Source of the DNA: Octopus sinensis
Lineage: Eukaryota
Assembly (NCBI RefSeq): GCF_006345805.1
Contig: NC_042997.1
Span: 200,446,001-200,510,000 of the forward strand
Direction of reading: 5' to 3'
DNA: 64,000 nt
Shown here: positions 26,443 to 40,098 of the stretch, in pieces
Numbering within the stretch: the stretch's first letter is position 1
Layout: each line of letters begins with the position of its first letter
Notes under the pieces: generated by a model
Told to the model about the DNA's origin: nothing
Databases searched by the model: none
What the model saw: the letters and a program-made list of their open reading frames with translations, nothing else
Program-made: the position numbers and the translations under genes

Positions 26443-26676
26443 TATTTCTTTACCGCCCACAAGGGGCTAAACACAGAGGGGACAAACAAGGAGAGACAAA
26501 CGGATTAAATCGATTACATCGACCCCAGTGCGTAACTGGTACTTATTTTAATCGACCCCGAAAGGATGAAAGGCAAAGTCAGCCTCGGCGGAATTTGAAC
26601 TCAGAACGTAACGACAGATGAAATATGGCTACGCATTTCGCCCGGCGTGCTAACGTTTCTGCCAGCTCGCCGCCTT
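26443..26676 (-). mobile_element. SINE family B, full length
   Basis: Near-identical to 3873-4103. Confidence 0.9.
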
Positions 26677-27980
26677 GTATTCCAAAATATGCTCTCTGCA
26701 AAGAATGATGTGCGATGGTTACAGCGGAAAAGATCTTTAGTCCTAAGTTTCCTAGAGAGAACAGCTAGGTTAAATAACAACAAAACACAACGATAACAAC
26801 AACGACAACAACGACAACACATTTTCAGCTTAGACATTATTAATTATCCTTCAACACTGCATCAACTTTACTATACATCAATTGTGTATAGATTGTATAG
26901 ATTGTGTCATTGATTTTTCCCCTTAATAAGTGGTTTCCTTCTCTGTATTATCAGCCATATTGACTTCACACTAAAAGAAAAGAAAATATACAGTGTTTAG
27001 ACTTTCTTCAAGGATATTATGGATGTACGCAAATGAAGCAATTCCAATTGGGCGTTGAACTTGGCTTGTTAAAATTTATGGCCTTTCACATTAGAATTAC
27101 GAAAACTTTATATAACTTTCTCTCTTTCTCTCTCCTTCTCCGCTTCTAAATCTCTCTTTGTATAGATTTATATATATATTTGTCCTGCGATGATTGGACA
27201 ACTAACTTTAAACCTATTATATAATCGCCTTTATTTTTCAGTGTACAAAGAGAATAATAAAATTTTGTTACACCCGTTTAAAGTTCCACTATGAAAAACT
27301 TTGAAACTGTAGATTAACCGCTTTGAATTTATCATAGGTTTTCTAATACGTGTTGTACTATGCATAAATAGTTATTAACTATTCAATCCTGCTGCCCATT
27401 AATACCTGATATGTAAATTAATGTAGCCATTAGTGTAGCTAAGTTGTAGTTCGTGTTTGAATTAGAAATAGCTATTTATTATAAGTTTCCTTCGTGGGCA
27501 GAAGAATGAGGAGGTTCTTGTCCGCTGATGATCGGACAACAAAACATGAAATATGCCAGGGCAATCTTCGTTATTTTTCTATGTGATGTGTGTGTGTATG
27601 TGAATGTGTGTGTGCGCTCACGTGTGTACACATGTACTATGCTAATCATGAGACAAAGGAATCGTTTACGAAATTCTCTTGCTTATATACGCTGTTAGTA
27701 TCATAAATTCCAAAATACTACCAAACATTTGTCCAATCTTATAACAGAAACCAAATCGGAATATTTTTTCATATACTGTCCATTCATACACTGTCCATTT
27801 CACACAAAATGTCCAATAAATTCTGAAGTCAAAATTTTCAAATTTGGTTTGAAAACATAACAAATGGATATGCATTAATACGCAGCCCACCTTTTCCATT
27901 ACGAGGGATTCAATGCCCCATTATTATATTATTTTCTGTAGCAAATATGTATTCTTCACAAACGTTAAAAATACTTTCCA

Positions 27981-28168
27981 GCAACAGGAATGGCTGTGTG
28001 ATAAGTAGCTTGCTTACCAACCACATAGTTCCGGGTTCAGTCCCACTGCGTGGCACCTTGGGCAAGTGTCTTCTACTATAACCTCGGGCCGACCAAAGCC
28101 TTGTGAATGGATTTGGTAGGCGGAAACTGAAAGAAGCCCGTCGTATATGTGTGTATATATATATGTGT

Positions 28169-28209
<41 letters not shown>

Positions 28210-28321
28210 ATGTTTGTGTATCTGTGCTTGTCCCTCAACATCGCTTGACAACCGATGCTGGTGTGTTTACGTCCCCGTTACTTATCGGTTCGGCAAAAGA
28301 GACCGATAGAATAAGTACTAG
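27981..28321 (+). mobile_element. SINE family A, 3'-truncated
   Basis: Matches family A up to GAATAAGTACTAG. Confidence 0.85.
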
Positions 28322-28639
28322 TGCAAATGGTACACCTTTTCCCACGTGACAAAGTGGTATGATTCAGTCATTATAAAGTCGGTCGTTGCAGGAAGGTCAG
28401 TTGTAGTAGAGTGGTTGTACGAGATTCTCACTTGGAGTTAGAGTCAGTTACGTGATATATACGAGTTCGAGTTACCATCAAGGTAGGCGCTTCAAAGTAA
28501 TTGTCTTGCGGAGCTATCAGCAATATCACGGTCGACGCGTCAAAGATAATAAGACGCAGAATAGTGGCGAAAAGAATATTACAGTGCCGACAATATACAA
28601 GAAGACGAGAATCCACCTTATAACGTATATGTATGTATA

Positions 28640-29856
28640 TATATATATATATACGTATTTGTTCGTCTCCCCGTGGCCTTTAGGCACAACTTCACAAGCC
28701 AGCCCCATACTCAAATCGTCCGTCGAAAGACCCTTGTCCTACGTCCTGGTTTTGTTTTGTTGTTATTTTTTATTTTTACCGTTATTGTTTTTACGTTTGT
28801 ATCTTATTGGTGTCACGATTCTGTTATTTTGTTTGTGTACTTCGATCGTTTTCCGTCCTTTCGTTGTATACATTCGAAGCTTTCTTCCAGGGGATCTAAT
28901 GCGCTTGGCTTAGATTTCCCTTGGCGGGCTGGCCATATCGGAGCAATCTCAAGATTAATCAGCCGAAATTGCTAAGATGATCTGGTTCTTGATGATGACT
29001 GAGGGCTTCGAATGTCCGTCCTGTGGTTCTGTGTCGTCTCTGTGGTGTTTCATGTTCTTGTCCATGTCTGTAATTAATTTTGTTTACCTATATAATCGGC
29101 GGCTACGTATCCACAATTGTCCTTATACGATAATATATATTTTTTTCTCTAGCTTTGATACGACTCTTAATCTGTCTCTTTTTCTCTCTCTCTCTCTCTC
29201 CTCCCTTATTCCACTTCCTTTCTTTCCCTCCAATCCGTCCCCCCCCCCTTCTACGTTTCTCTATCTCTCTCACCTCCAGCCCCTCGATCTGTCTCTTTCT
29301 TCTCCTCCCTCGTCCACCTTCTCTCCCTTTTCATCTGTCCCTTTTCCTGTCTTTTGTTCTCACGTGACAGCTAGCCGCTGTTGAGCGCTCTTTTCGTTTT
29401 CAGCAGCCGCAGAAGCAACACGTATTTGTTCGTCTCCCCGTGGCCTTTAGGCACAACTTCACGCCAGCCCCATACTCAAATCGTCCTGTCGAAAGACCCT
29501 TGTCCTACGTCCTGGTTTTGTTGTTGTTTATTTTTTATTTTTACCGTTATTGTTTTTACGTTTTTGTATTCTTATTGGTGTCACGTATTCTGTATTTTTG
29601 TTTGTGTACTTCGATCGTTTTCCGTCCTTCGTTGTATACATTCGAAGCTTTCTTCCAGGGGATCTAATGCGCTTGCTTAGATTTCCCTTGGCGGGCTGGC
29701 CATATCGGAGCAATCTCAAGATTAATCAGCCGAAATTGCTAAGATGATCTGGTTCTTGACTGATGACTGAGGGCTTCGAATGTCCCGTCTGTGGTTCTTG
29801 TGTCGTCTCTGTGGTGTTCATGTTCTGTCCATGTCTGTAATTAATTTTACTGTTTA

Positions 29857-29891
<35 letters not shown>

Positions 29892-30117
29892 AGAAATTAA
29901 AATAAAATATAAATTACAAAGTGGGACAAGAACGCAAAAACACACAAAGAGACGACACAGAAAACAGACGGGTCACTCGAAGCCTCTAATCTTCAGTCGG
30001 GAACCGGATCATCTTAGTAATTTCGGCTGTTTAATCTCGATATTACTCCGAACCGGCCAGCCCCAAGAACTAAGCCATAGGCATTAGATTTCTTAGAAAG
30101 AGGACGAATGTATACGA

Positions 30118-30120
<3 letters not shown>
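28640..30120. mobile_element. Cluster of three copies of a Penelope-associated repeat (two direct, one inverted)
   Basis: CGTATTTGTTCGTCTCCCCGTGG starts at ~28654 and ~29421; inverted partial copy at 29890-30120; same family as the 3115 palindrome. Confidence 0.85.
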
Positions 30121-30154
<34 letters not shown>

Positions 30155-31397
30155 TAAAAACGGTAAGATAACAAAAGAAAGAAAGAGACCTCAATATTAT
30201 GTAAATAGAGGAAATTTATCTGTAAAATAATATGTGACAATTATTCAATGGCCAAGGTAAAACTCTGAGTTTCGGATGCCGAGGTGGAAATCCACAACAC
30301 CATCTCTTTATATATATATATATATAATGTATGTATGTATGTATGTGTGTATGTATGTATGTATGTATGTATGTATGTATGTATGTATGTATGTATGTAT
30401 GTATGTATATATATATATATATATACACGTGTGTGTATTTATATGCATATATACATATATTAATACATGTTTGTGTGTGTCTGTGCATGTGTATGTATGT
30501 AAATGCAAAATCAAAAGGAGACTCATGTGCCTGCTACAAACTTTGATGCTGAACTGATCGATACCTTTGTAAATAAGTAACGAAACAATTTAAAACAAAT
30601 ACAACCATAAAATACCACACACACACATCTTTCTCTCTCTCTATATGAATTGTCTGTCTTCTGCGTTATTGTTGGGTTAGCTTCCTCTCAGATATGTAAG
30701 TTATATGAAATGTCATTGAAGCGATGAAAAGTCTGTCCAGGTTTTAGTGTAGTTTTATTGTTAGTTATACTCTCTAAACTATCTTCAGTAATCTCGTAAA
30801 GATCGTGCTTTAAGAAAAAAAAGAACTGTAGGAACACATCTGAATTTCTCCAAATTCTGTCCGTTAATACGTTCGTCGAAGTATGTAAACTATTCTTAAA
30901 GTTCAGCATTTGACATTTTATTGTTGCATGTATATCGTCGACAAAGGAACTTGCCTTTATGTCAGCAGCAAGAAATTATTCTATTGAACGCATGAAAAGG
31001 TAGAATGTTAAGGTTCGATGCAAATATATGTATACCTATTATACGTACTGGCGCTTCATTGGTGAAGTAACACAGGATGTATTCTTCCTCCTCCTCCTCC
31101 TCCTCCTCCTCGTCATCATCACCATTATCATCAGTTGCAGCGGCATAGTTACCATTTTTGACACCGTTACAAGTTTTCCTCTCAATCAACTGTAATTTCA
31201 TTTACAACATGAGGTTTTCTTCTCTTGCGGCTCTCAAAGACAAAACATCCCTTCACTTCCTACGTCCGCTTTGTCTGTCCTCTCCGATGGTAATTCTTAT
31301 TATCATCGAATGGTATTTAACGTACTCCCTCGTAGAAGGCTGAGTATCTTTTGATTCTTCACAAAAACATATGAATGTGTATGTATTATGTACGTGC

Positions 31398-31430
<33 letters not shown>

Positions 31431-31457
31431 ATAATATATATAATATATATATATATA

Positions 31458-31895
31458 TGTCATCGTTTAACGTCTGCTTTCCATGCTAGCATGGGTTGGA
31501 CGATTTGACTGAGGACTGGCGAACCAGAAGGCTGCACCAGTCTCCAATCTTGATCCGGCAGAGTTTTTACAGCTTGATGCTCTTCCTAATGCCAACCACT
31601 CCGAGAATGTAGTGGGTGCTTTTACGTCCCACCGGCACAAGGGCCAGTCAGGCGGTACTGGCAATGGCCACGCTCAAATGGTGCTTTTTATGTGCCACCT
31701 GCACAGGAGCCAGTCCAGCGGCACCGGCAACGACCTCGCTCGAATGTTTTTTCACGTGCCACCGGCACATGTGCCAGTAAGGCGACACTGGTAACGATCA
31801 CGCTCGAATGGTGCTTTTTACATGCCACCGGCACGGAAGCCAGTTAGCCGCTCTGGCAACGATCACGTTCGGATTGTGCTCTTAGCGCTCCACAT
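31458..31895 (-). mobile_element. SINE family D with an internal ~65-bp tandem array
   Basis: Family D tail plus 4-5 diverged units containing GTGCCACCGGCAC. Confidence 0.85.
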
Positions 31896-32930
31896 AGCCT
31901 TAACTGCCATCTTGTGTCTTCTGGATACCGATACCTCCCATATCATTGTTTCTTTGCTAATACAAGCACTTATTACTGGTAACGCTTAAATAATGGATAA
32001 ACAATTCCTTGGCATCTCTCTTCACAAAAAAATTTCCTCTAAGACTACCTTTCCCCTTATAAATGTCCTATAAATCTCACACAGCCTTGGTTTTGTTGTG
32101 TCATTATATTTAACATAAACATGTTCACACAAGGCCGGCATTAGACTCCTCACTCGTATTATTATCGAACCGACAGTCTAACTCACTGTCCTCCTATAGC
32201 ACTTACATAGACTTACTAGCCATCTTGGGTCTTCTGGAATACCAATACTTCTCATATATATATATATAACCTCTTAGTTATAATTGTAACTTGTTCATAA
32301 TTACAAGCGTTTTTCTTCTTTATATTTTATGATAACATGTTTGGCCATTGATATATTCATAAATAATCTTATTTATACAATATCCTTCGTAATGTTTTTG
32401 CTTTCTACTTCTTTCTATTTTCCCATCTCATATCTGGTGATTACCGGTCTTTTTACATAAACGTTGTGCATTGCATTTGAATTCAAAGCTTGATTATGCA
32501 GATAGAAGTGAAAACATTTCTATTGCTGGTCGGGATTCATGTTAGTCCCAAGATAAAGTATGGTTTTGATTTCTATCTATCGGAATATTTCCCCTGACGA
32601 GGCGAACGGGTCCCTTAAGTGGTCCCTAACGCCGAAATTGCAATAGGAAATCAACCAGTTATTTTCGAGTTGTGGATTCTATTTGCCATGTCACTCGAAG
32701 ACAGTTTTTATCGTGAAGAGAAATGTTATGAGTGATATAATAGCCTTATAAGCGGTTTTAGCTGGCATTTTTAACATGTAAGGTTTTTTTAACCCTCTTA
32801 GTTACAATTATGAGTTGTTCATAATTATAAACGTTTTTCTGCTTCATATTTTATGATAACATGTTTGATCATTATTATATTCATAAATCATCTTAAGTAC
32901 TTATAATATATCCTTCGTAATGTTTTTACA
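31893..32930. mobile_element. Penelope-associated pLTR-like repeat complex containing a hammerhead
   Basis: ~135-bp direct repeats (~32265-32400, ~32790-32930) flank the hammerhead; 32040-32255 is homologous to 63385-63600. Confidence 0.7.
32587..32651 (+). ncRNA. Type I hammerhead ribozyme motif
   Basis: ATTTCC(C)-CUGACGA-GGCG...CGCC-GAAA-UUGCAA-U-A-GGAAAU; palindromic stem III; one bulge in stem I. Confidence 0.7.
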
Positions 32931-33240
32931 TTACTCTCTGAAGTTCCAGTTGATCCGATCAACGGAAGAGTTTGCTGGTGAGATTAACGTGCAAGTGGCT
33001 GAGCACTTCACAGTCACGTGTACCTTTAACGTAGTTCTCGGGGACATTCAGAGTGACACAGAAGGTGACAATACTGGCCCCTTTGAAATACAGGTACTTA
33101 CTCCTTTTTGCCAGCTGAGTGGATTGGAGCAGCGTGAAATAAAGCGTCTTGCTCAAGGACACCACGCGCCTCCGGGAATCGAACTTGCGACCCTACAATC
33201 ACGGGCTGAATACTCTAACCACTAAGCTACGCACCTTCAC
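32930..33240 (-). mobile_element. SINE family C variant with a CORE-like segment
   Basis: Shares GTTGATCCGATCAACGGA..GTGCAAGTGGCTGAGCAC with 10456; tRNA-like head at ~33235. Confidence 0.8.
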
Positions 33241-33912
33241 ACACACACACACACGCACACATGTATGTATATATAGATTAGTTATAGTACATACTATAGT
33301 CTAGGCACATCAACAGGTAGGCCTCCAGAAATTGCCAGGGTGCAATAACAGAAGGCTCACAGAGAGGCAGAACAACCACGAAGGTATCATGTTTTGGTAG
33401 GGCATTTAAGTATCAAACCCGATTTAAACCCAAGAGCTGACTCAGGGCTCGTTCTAGGTGCGGTGAAAGTGTAAAAATGACGCGGTTTGAAATTTACTGG
33501 CGAAATTCAGTTGCGATTAAAATGCTTCTTGTGGAAACATGGTTGACATTCGCAAACATGAAACTGTAGGGTTAATACGACTAGTCCTTAGAAGGTCTAT
33601 AGTTGAAAGACGAAGAATAGTGAAAACTGGCCTTTTTATAGCATTAAAATGGCTCAAAGGGGCAGGCCTTATCCAAAGGCCGTGATTGGTTGGCTTTACA
33701 CTCTGGTGCGAAATAAGAAGGGAGACAAACCGCGCTAGATACCAACCAATCAGATCAGTGGACACAACAGGGTCGAAATAGCCAAAGATGGATGTAATCT
33801 CAAATGAGGTCATTCTTGTTGTGTTTCTCAAACAGTGAGGATATCAGATATGCTACAAAACCTTGGGTTCTAAAATGTTAACACAAATATGAAAACAACA
33901 TTGATTCCCTTA

Positions 33913-33955
<43 letters not shown>

Positions 33956-34352
33956 GTATGGGTATGTGTATGTGTCTTTATGTATAAATACGTGTGTTCC
34001 TACTTCATTATTTTATATTTATTGAAGTTGATAGAACTTAAACCTTTTCCTATTTTATCCTAATTTTCTCATTATTGATTCGATGACAAATGATTATTTA
34101 TGATGACTATCGCTGCTGCCGATGCTGCCCACGCTGCTGGTGTTAATCACAATCGCACAGGACACAGTCTTTCTACCAATCAATTCCAGTTCTACTGATA
34201 CAAACTACAAAAGTAGATCTAATAATAATCGCTGAAAAACTTAATTTTAACCAAATTAGTTTATTTCCTCGAAACGTGAAAAAAAAAAGGAAACGCATAA
34301 ACTAGCAAATGAATGGAAATCAATTGGATTTATCTTTTATTAGTTGGCTTAA

Positions 34353-34700
34353 TTAAAAAATTCGGACAGTTTTATAAAACCAGGCAAAGTAATTGGGGTA
34401 GGATTTGGCAGAAGTCTTCAGGTGAATCGAACAAACACAAAACACAGATAAATACACAACATTAGTATGCTTCATCATTATCTTCATTACATCAAGCCTT
34501 CCACGACCACCACTACGCCGACTTCTATAAACATTGTTAGCACCATGCGGACAATGAATCCACTCTTTGGTCTTCTTTAGTTTTTTGCTCTCAGACTTTG
34601 ACGTCATTGATTTTTCTACGCGTTTCTATGCTGAAGCTCAATTAAGAAGCCAAGTTCTTTCTCCACTCAGCATCCCACTAATAAACCTTCTCTATCCTCT
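34353..34700 (-). mobile_element. Probable R4/Dong-like LINE fragment
   Basis: H.HGANNVYRSRRSGGRGRL resembles the LHP..DVDRLY..RK.GGRGL motif. Confidence 0.45.
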
Positions 34701-34776
34701 GTGCAATGTACATGTCTATGTACAGATGAATGTATACACAATATACACAATATACATCATATACATTAATATATAT

Positions 34777-34819
<43 letters not shown>

Positions 34820-34925
34820 AATTATATATATATATATATATATAGATATATATTATATATATATATATATCTATATATATATAATATTATATAATATATA
34901 TATAATATATATATATTAATATATA

Positions 34926-35328
34926 GGCGCAGGAGTGGCTGTGTGGTAAGTAGCTTGCTAACCAACCACATGGTTCCGGGTTCAGTCCCACTGCGTGGCA
35001 TCTTGGGCAAGCGTCTTCTGCTATAGCCCCGGGCCGACCAATGCCTTGTGAGTGGATTTGGTTGACGGAAACTGAAAGAAGCCTGTCGTATATATGTATA
35101 ATATATATGTGTGTGTATATGTTTGTGTGTCTGTGTTTGTTCCCCTAGCATTGCTTGACAACGGATACTGGTGTGTTTACGTCCCTTAGCGGTTCGGCAA
35201 AAGAGACCGATAGAATAAGTACTGGGTTTACAAAGAATAAGTCCCGGGGTCGATTTGCTCGACTAAAGGCGGTGCTCCAGCATGGCCGCAGTCAAATGAC
35301 TGAAACAAGTAAAAGAGTAAAAGAGTAA
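34926..35328 (+). mobile_element. SINE family A, full length, well preserved
   Basis: Complete head, CORE-like segment, internal microsatellite and tail; inserted in (TA)n. Confidence 0.92.
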
Positions 35329-35514
35329 GATATATAATTATAATAATAATATTAGGGAGTAAATCCAAACTTACAGGGAAAAATTAGATTTAGGATTAAA
35401 TCTAATTTTACAGTATAAATATAAATTAAATTTATCTCTAATTTAATTTATATGTATATGTATTATATATTGGGTATATATATATATATACATATATATT
35501 ATATACATTATCAT

Positions 35515-35710
35515 AGGCGCAGGAGTAGCTGAATGGGACGCCGGTCCATCGCAGATAGCTGCAAGATGCTGGAGGAAAGAGTGAGAGAAAGTTGTGGCGA
35601 AAGATTCAGCAGAAGATCGCGTGGAACATACACATCGCCCGGTCTGAGATTGGAACCCGCGATCCCTACCGCGTGTCCACTGCTCTAACCACTAGGCCAT
35701 GTGCCTCCGA
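35515..35710. mobile_element. Chimeric SINE fragment (family A head plus family C, minus strand)
   Basis: GGCGCAGGAGTAGCTG followed by GAAAGAGTGAGAGAAAGTTGTGG...CTCTAACCACTAGGCC. Confidence 0.55.
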
Positions 35711-35719
35711 GTATATGTA

Positions 35720-36030
<311 letters not shown>

Positions 36031-36203
36031 AATAGAAAGATGAATAATCTTGTAGTAGATTAATCAAAGTTTAACCGATACCTTAGTAGCAAAAATCACA
36101 GCAGTGAACACGTGTAGAAGAAATAAAACGATTTCTGTTCAATCTGCGTTCAGCTCCATTTCTTCAATTCACCAATAATGTTTTTATATATATATATATA
36201 TTA

Positions 36204-36240
<37 letters not shown>

Positions 36241-36262
36241 ATATATATATATATATATATAT

Positions 36263-37600
36263 ATGCACCGCTACTCGTTTACGTAACGGGAGACTCGTTT
36301 GTCCAACATAATTATGTTGGCAACCAGCGCCTTCTACTTGAAGGCTCTGAATTTACCTTCAAACAAGGTACGAAGTTTAAAATCAAGACTAACTTCTCCT
36401 GTTCCTCCGAGAACTTATCTACGTTCTCACATGCGCTGGTTGCCAACATAATTATGTTGGACAAACGAGTCTCCCGTCACGTAAACGAGTAGCGGTGCAT
36501 AAAGAACAAATAAATCTCCCGGAATACCGACAAATTCCACTGAGTGACCACATAGACTCATGTGCAAAACTTCTTAAACACCAAATTCTATATATTCCCC
36601 TTCTACCAATGTAAAGACGGGATCACCACACAGGAGAGAATAACAAGGAGAATCTCTTTATTGAAAAATTCCAAACACACTTAATATGCAAACTCCTCGT
36701 TGATCAAACTTCCTTTTTCACCTCATTCTTCATGGATGGACTAACACAAATATATAAGGATACCATGCATTCATCACTTCAAGCTAAAACTTATATTCTT
36801 TAAATATCATTTTTACTATTGTTGTTATTACTATCATTTTTATTATAAATGATATGACAATCTGAAATGCAATTGTCTATGCAGATTTATATAATTAGAA
36901 AATAATATAAATAAAGTGTTAAAATCTGAAAGTTAAGTTAACAAACAATTATATAAAAAAGATAACGCAAATGAAGCTAAAATGATAATTTATAATTTGG
37001 GTTTTACTAACAGCCTTTATTGAAGAACTCAAAAGAGTTGTCTCCCCTTATTCACAAACACAGAAACTGAAGAGAACCCACAATTACTACTACTTCCTGT
37101 TTTGCCATCATCCTCAATTAAACCAAAAACAACACATGCTCTTAATCCAATGGATCCTAATACCTCAAGGTAATTTTTCGTGAACAATCATTAAACTCAA
37201 GATACACAACGAACTCACAATGTATCGGATACTTTTTTTTTAATTTTTGTACATTTTTATATTATTCTTTTGCAAAAACAATGCAATTTTCTTTTTCCCC
37301 TTTCTAATTTTTAAAAAACTTTTTTAACCTAAATATTCTTGACAAGTCATACAATGACGAAAACCGGTTTGAATAAATATATATTTATATATTTTATCAA
37401 TTTCTCATTTCATAAAAATTTTCTTTCATTTGAGCATTCTGCATTTTTACAATTTTTCCTTGCTATATATATATATATATATATAAAATTTAGAGGACTC
37501 TAAAAGTGGATAGCCTATACGCTAGATATAGACGTCAAAATCGCCATTTTCCACGAAGAATGTGTTCTCAAGAAAAAATTCAGCAAAAAACCAGTGTAAA
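36263..37600 (+). mobile_element. Penelope-like relic: GIY-YIG C-terminus with 5' inversion, 3' region, hammerhead and start of a second unit
   Basis: KFKIKTNFSCSSENL/IYVLTCAGCQHNYVGQTS..RKRVAVH (one frameshift); ~68-bp inverted repeat 36263-36331 vs 36431-36500. Confidence 0.8.
37334..37375 (+). ncRNA. Minimal type I hammerhead with U3-A8 core variant
   Basis: UAUUC-UUGACAA-GUCA(UACAA)UGAC-GAAA-ACCGGU-U-U-GAAUA; all three stems pair. Confidence 0.72.
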
Positions 37601-37662
37601 AATGTGTGTGTGTGTGTATATATGTTATTATATATATATATCTATTATATATATATAATATA

Positions 37663-37712
<50 letters not shown>

Positions 37713-38202
37713 GTGTGTGTATATGAGCTGATCTCTAACACAATGGAAATTTTAGGGACACTTATTTCTTTAAAATGTTGTTTTGATTTTTTTTTTTTTT
37801 TGCTCTAATAAGACACATTCCAGATTTTCAGGAAATGGAGTTAAATAAGCATCTGACCAGCAACCAATATTGAACTGGTAATTAGTTTTATCAATGATCG
37901 ATGGATGGTTTGTGATTTCATTGCCATTTAACGCAGAAGTAGGACAAAGCATTTGGTCTCCCGCTCGACCATTTCTGGCAAGTTGGTAACCTTTATAATA
38001 ATACAGAAAACACACACACACACACACACAAAGATACACACACACACACACACAGATACACACACACGGAGATACACACAGATACACAGATACACACACA
38101 CACACACCACACACAGACACACACACACAGATACACACACACAGAGAAACACACACACATACACACAGACACACATACACATGATACATATACATACACA
38201 GA

Positions 38203-38642
38203 GGTGCAGACGTGGCTGAGCGGAAAGAAGTTTGCTTCTCAACTACATTGTTCTGGGTTCAGTCCTAGGGCATGGCACCTTGGGCAAGTGTCTTCTGCTA
38301 TAGCCTCGGACTAAACAAATCCTTGTGAGTGGATTTGGTAGATGGAAACTGAAAGAAGCTCGCCATATATGCATGTATGTATGTATGTATGTATGTATGT
38401 ATGTATGTATGTATGTATGTATGTATGTATGCGTGTGTGTTTATGTGTGTTTTTCTGTCTGTTTCTCCCTCACCACCGCTTGATAACCGGTGTTGGTGTA
38501 TTTACATCCCCATAACTTAGCGACTCTGCAAAAGTAACCAGTAAAAACAAATTTTGAGACCAATTCGTTCAACTAAAATCCTTCAAGGTGGTGCTCCAGC
38601 ATGGCCGCAGTCTAATGACTGAAACAAATAAACGATAAAAGA
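38203..38642 (+). mobile_element. SINE family A
   Basis: Head, internal (TATG)n and tail are present. Confidence 0.88.
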
Positions 38643-39252
38643 TAGAAGGCACACACACACACACACACACATTCATACACACACACTCACACATATAGAT
38701 GAGGGAGAGAGATAGTTATATGTTAAATGAAGGGGCGTGGCGAAGTGGTTAGAGTGTTATAGGCACATGATGATAATGTCAGAAGTTCGATTCCTGAACC
38801 GGGTGGCAGTTTGTGTCATTGAGCAAGATATTTCATCTCTACATAGCAGAAAATATATACTCACTCATTGTTGGCGCAGCCGTCTCCCCTTCCAGCTGGC
38901 GCATTCTCTTTGCTAGACGAAGCTTAAACGACCCAAGAAAGTATTTACTTACCAATGTCGAATTCTTACTTGCGAATGTCAGCTAAGCTTATACACTTCA
39001 GACCTGTCATGTGAACACATGCCATTTTTTAGTATACTCTTACTCTTTACTTGTTTCAGTCATTTGACTGCGGCCATGCTGGAGCACCGCCTTTAATCGA
39101 GCACTCGACCCCAGGACTTATTCTTTTGTAGCCCAGTACTTATTTATCGGTCTCTTTTGCCGAACCGCTAAGTAACGGGGACATAAACACACCAGCATCG
39201 GTTGTCAAGCAATGCTAGGGGACAAACACAGACACACAAACATATACACACA

Positions 39253-39292
<40 letters not shown>

Positions 39293-39295
<3 letters not shown>

Positions 39296-40059
39296 CAATT
39301 AAGGACAACCACTAATAAGGAAACTTAACAAGAAATTGTCAGGTAGATAGCGTGAAAACCTCATAAGAGAAAAAATTTCGAAAATAATTATTTCTTATTG
39401 AACATATTAATTTATATATAGAGGGCATTATACATACATGCCAGAAGGCATTATACATACAAGCCACACGCTAAGAGGGACAATTAGTCATTTCTACCAA
39501 AAATATTACTAATCCCACCGAATGCAATTTTTCAAAGTAAGACATTTAAAAAATATATGGCATGTATGTATAATGCCCTCTATATATAAATTAATATGTT
39601 CAATAAGAAATAATTATTTTCGAAATTTTTTCTCTTATGAGGTTTTCACGCTATCTACCTGACAATTTCTTGTTAAGTTTTCCTTATTAAGTGGTTGTCC
39701 TTAATTGCTAAATTTTTATTCCGAAAAAACTTTTCCTCTCCCGAAATGCAATCGTAAAAGTTTGCCATTTATCCGGATGTAATATATGTAAACTCACCCA
39801 TGTGCTTCGTTGATGTTGATCAGTTAGCTGATCGGCTTAGCGGGGCAGGGTCGTTGTTTATTTATAATACATTCAGGCCTGCTGATGAAACGTAAGTATG
39901 AAATCACTGTGATACAGGTCTATATATTTTTTAAATGTCTTACTTTGAAAAATTGCATTCGGTGGGATTAGTAATATTTTGGTAGAGAATGACTAATTGT
40001 CCCTCTTAGCGTGTGGCTTGTATGTATGCCTTCTGGCATGTGTATAATGCCCTCTATAT

Positions 40060-40067
<8 letters not shown>
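39293..40067. mobile_element. Penelope-type pLTR-like insert with inverted and direct repeats
   Basis: 39293-39443 inverted vs 39558-39710; ~39408-39551 inverted vs ~39928-40066; contains a hammerhead. Confidence 0.8.
39876..39920 (+). ncRNA. Type I hammerhead motif (weak stem II)
   Basis: GGCCUG-CUGAUGA-AACGUAAGUAU-GAAA-UCACUGUGA-U-A-CAGGUC. Confidence 0.65.

Positions 40068-40098
<31 letters not shown>

Noticed and set aside
27510-27560. CTGATGA...GAAA motif
   Set aside because: The flanks pair with each other (TTGTCCG/CGGACAA) instead of forming hammerhead stems.
28428-28620. Minus-strand reading resembling GPCR TM1-TM2
   Set aside because: It needs a frameshift and a missing Gly, there are no further helices nearby, and hydrophobic readings are common in AT-rich DNA.
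31615-31890. CRISPR-like regularly spaced repeats (also 48820-49135)
   Set aside because: Whole ~65-bp units are homologous, with no unique spacers; they lie inside a SINE in eukaryotic DNA with no cas genes.
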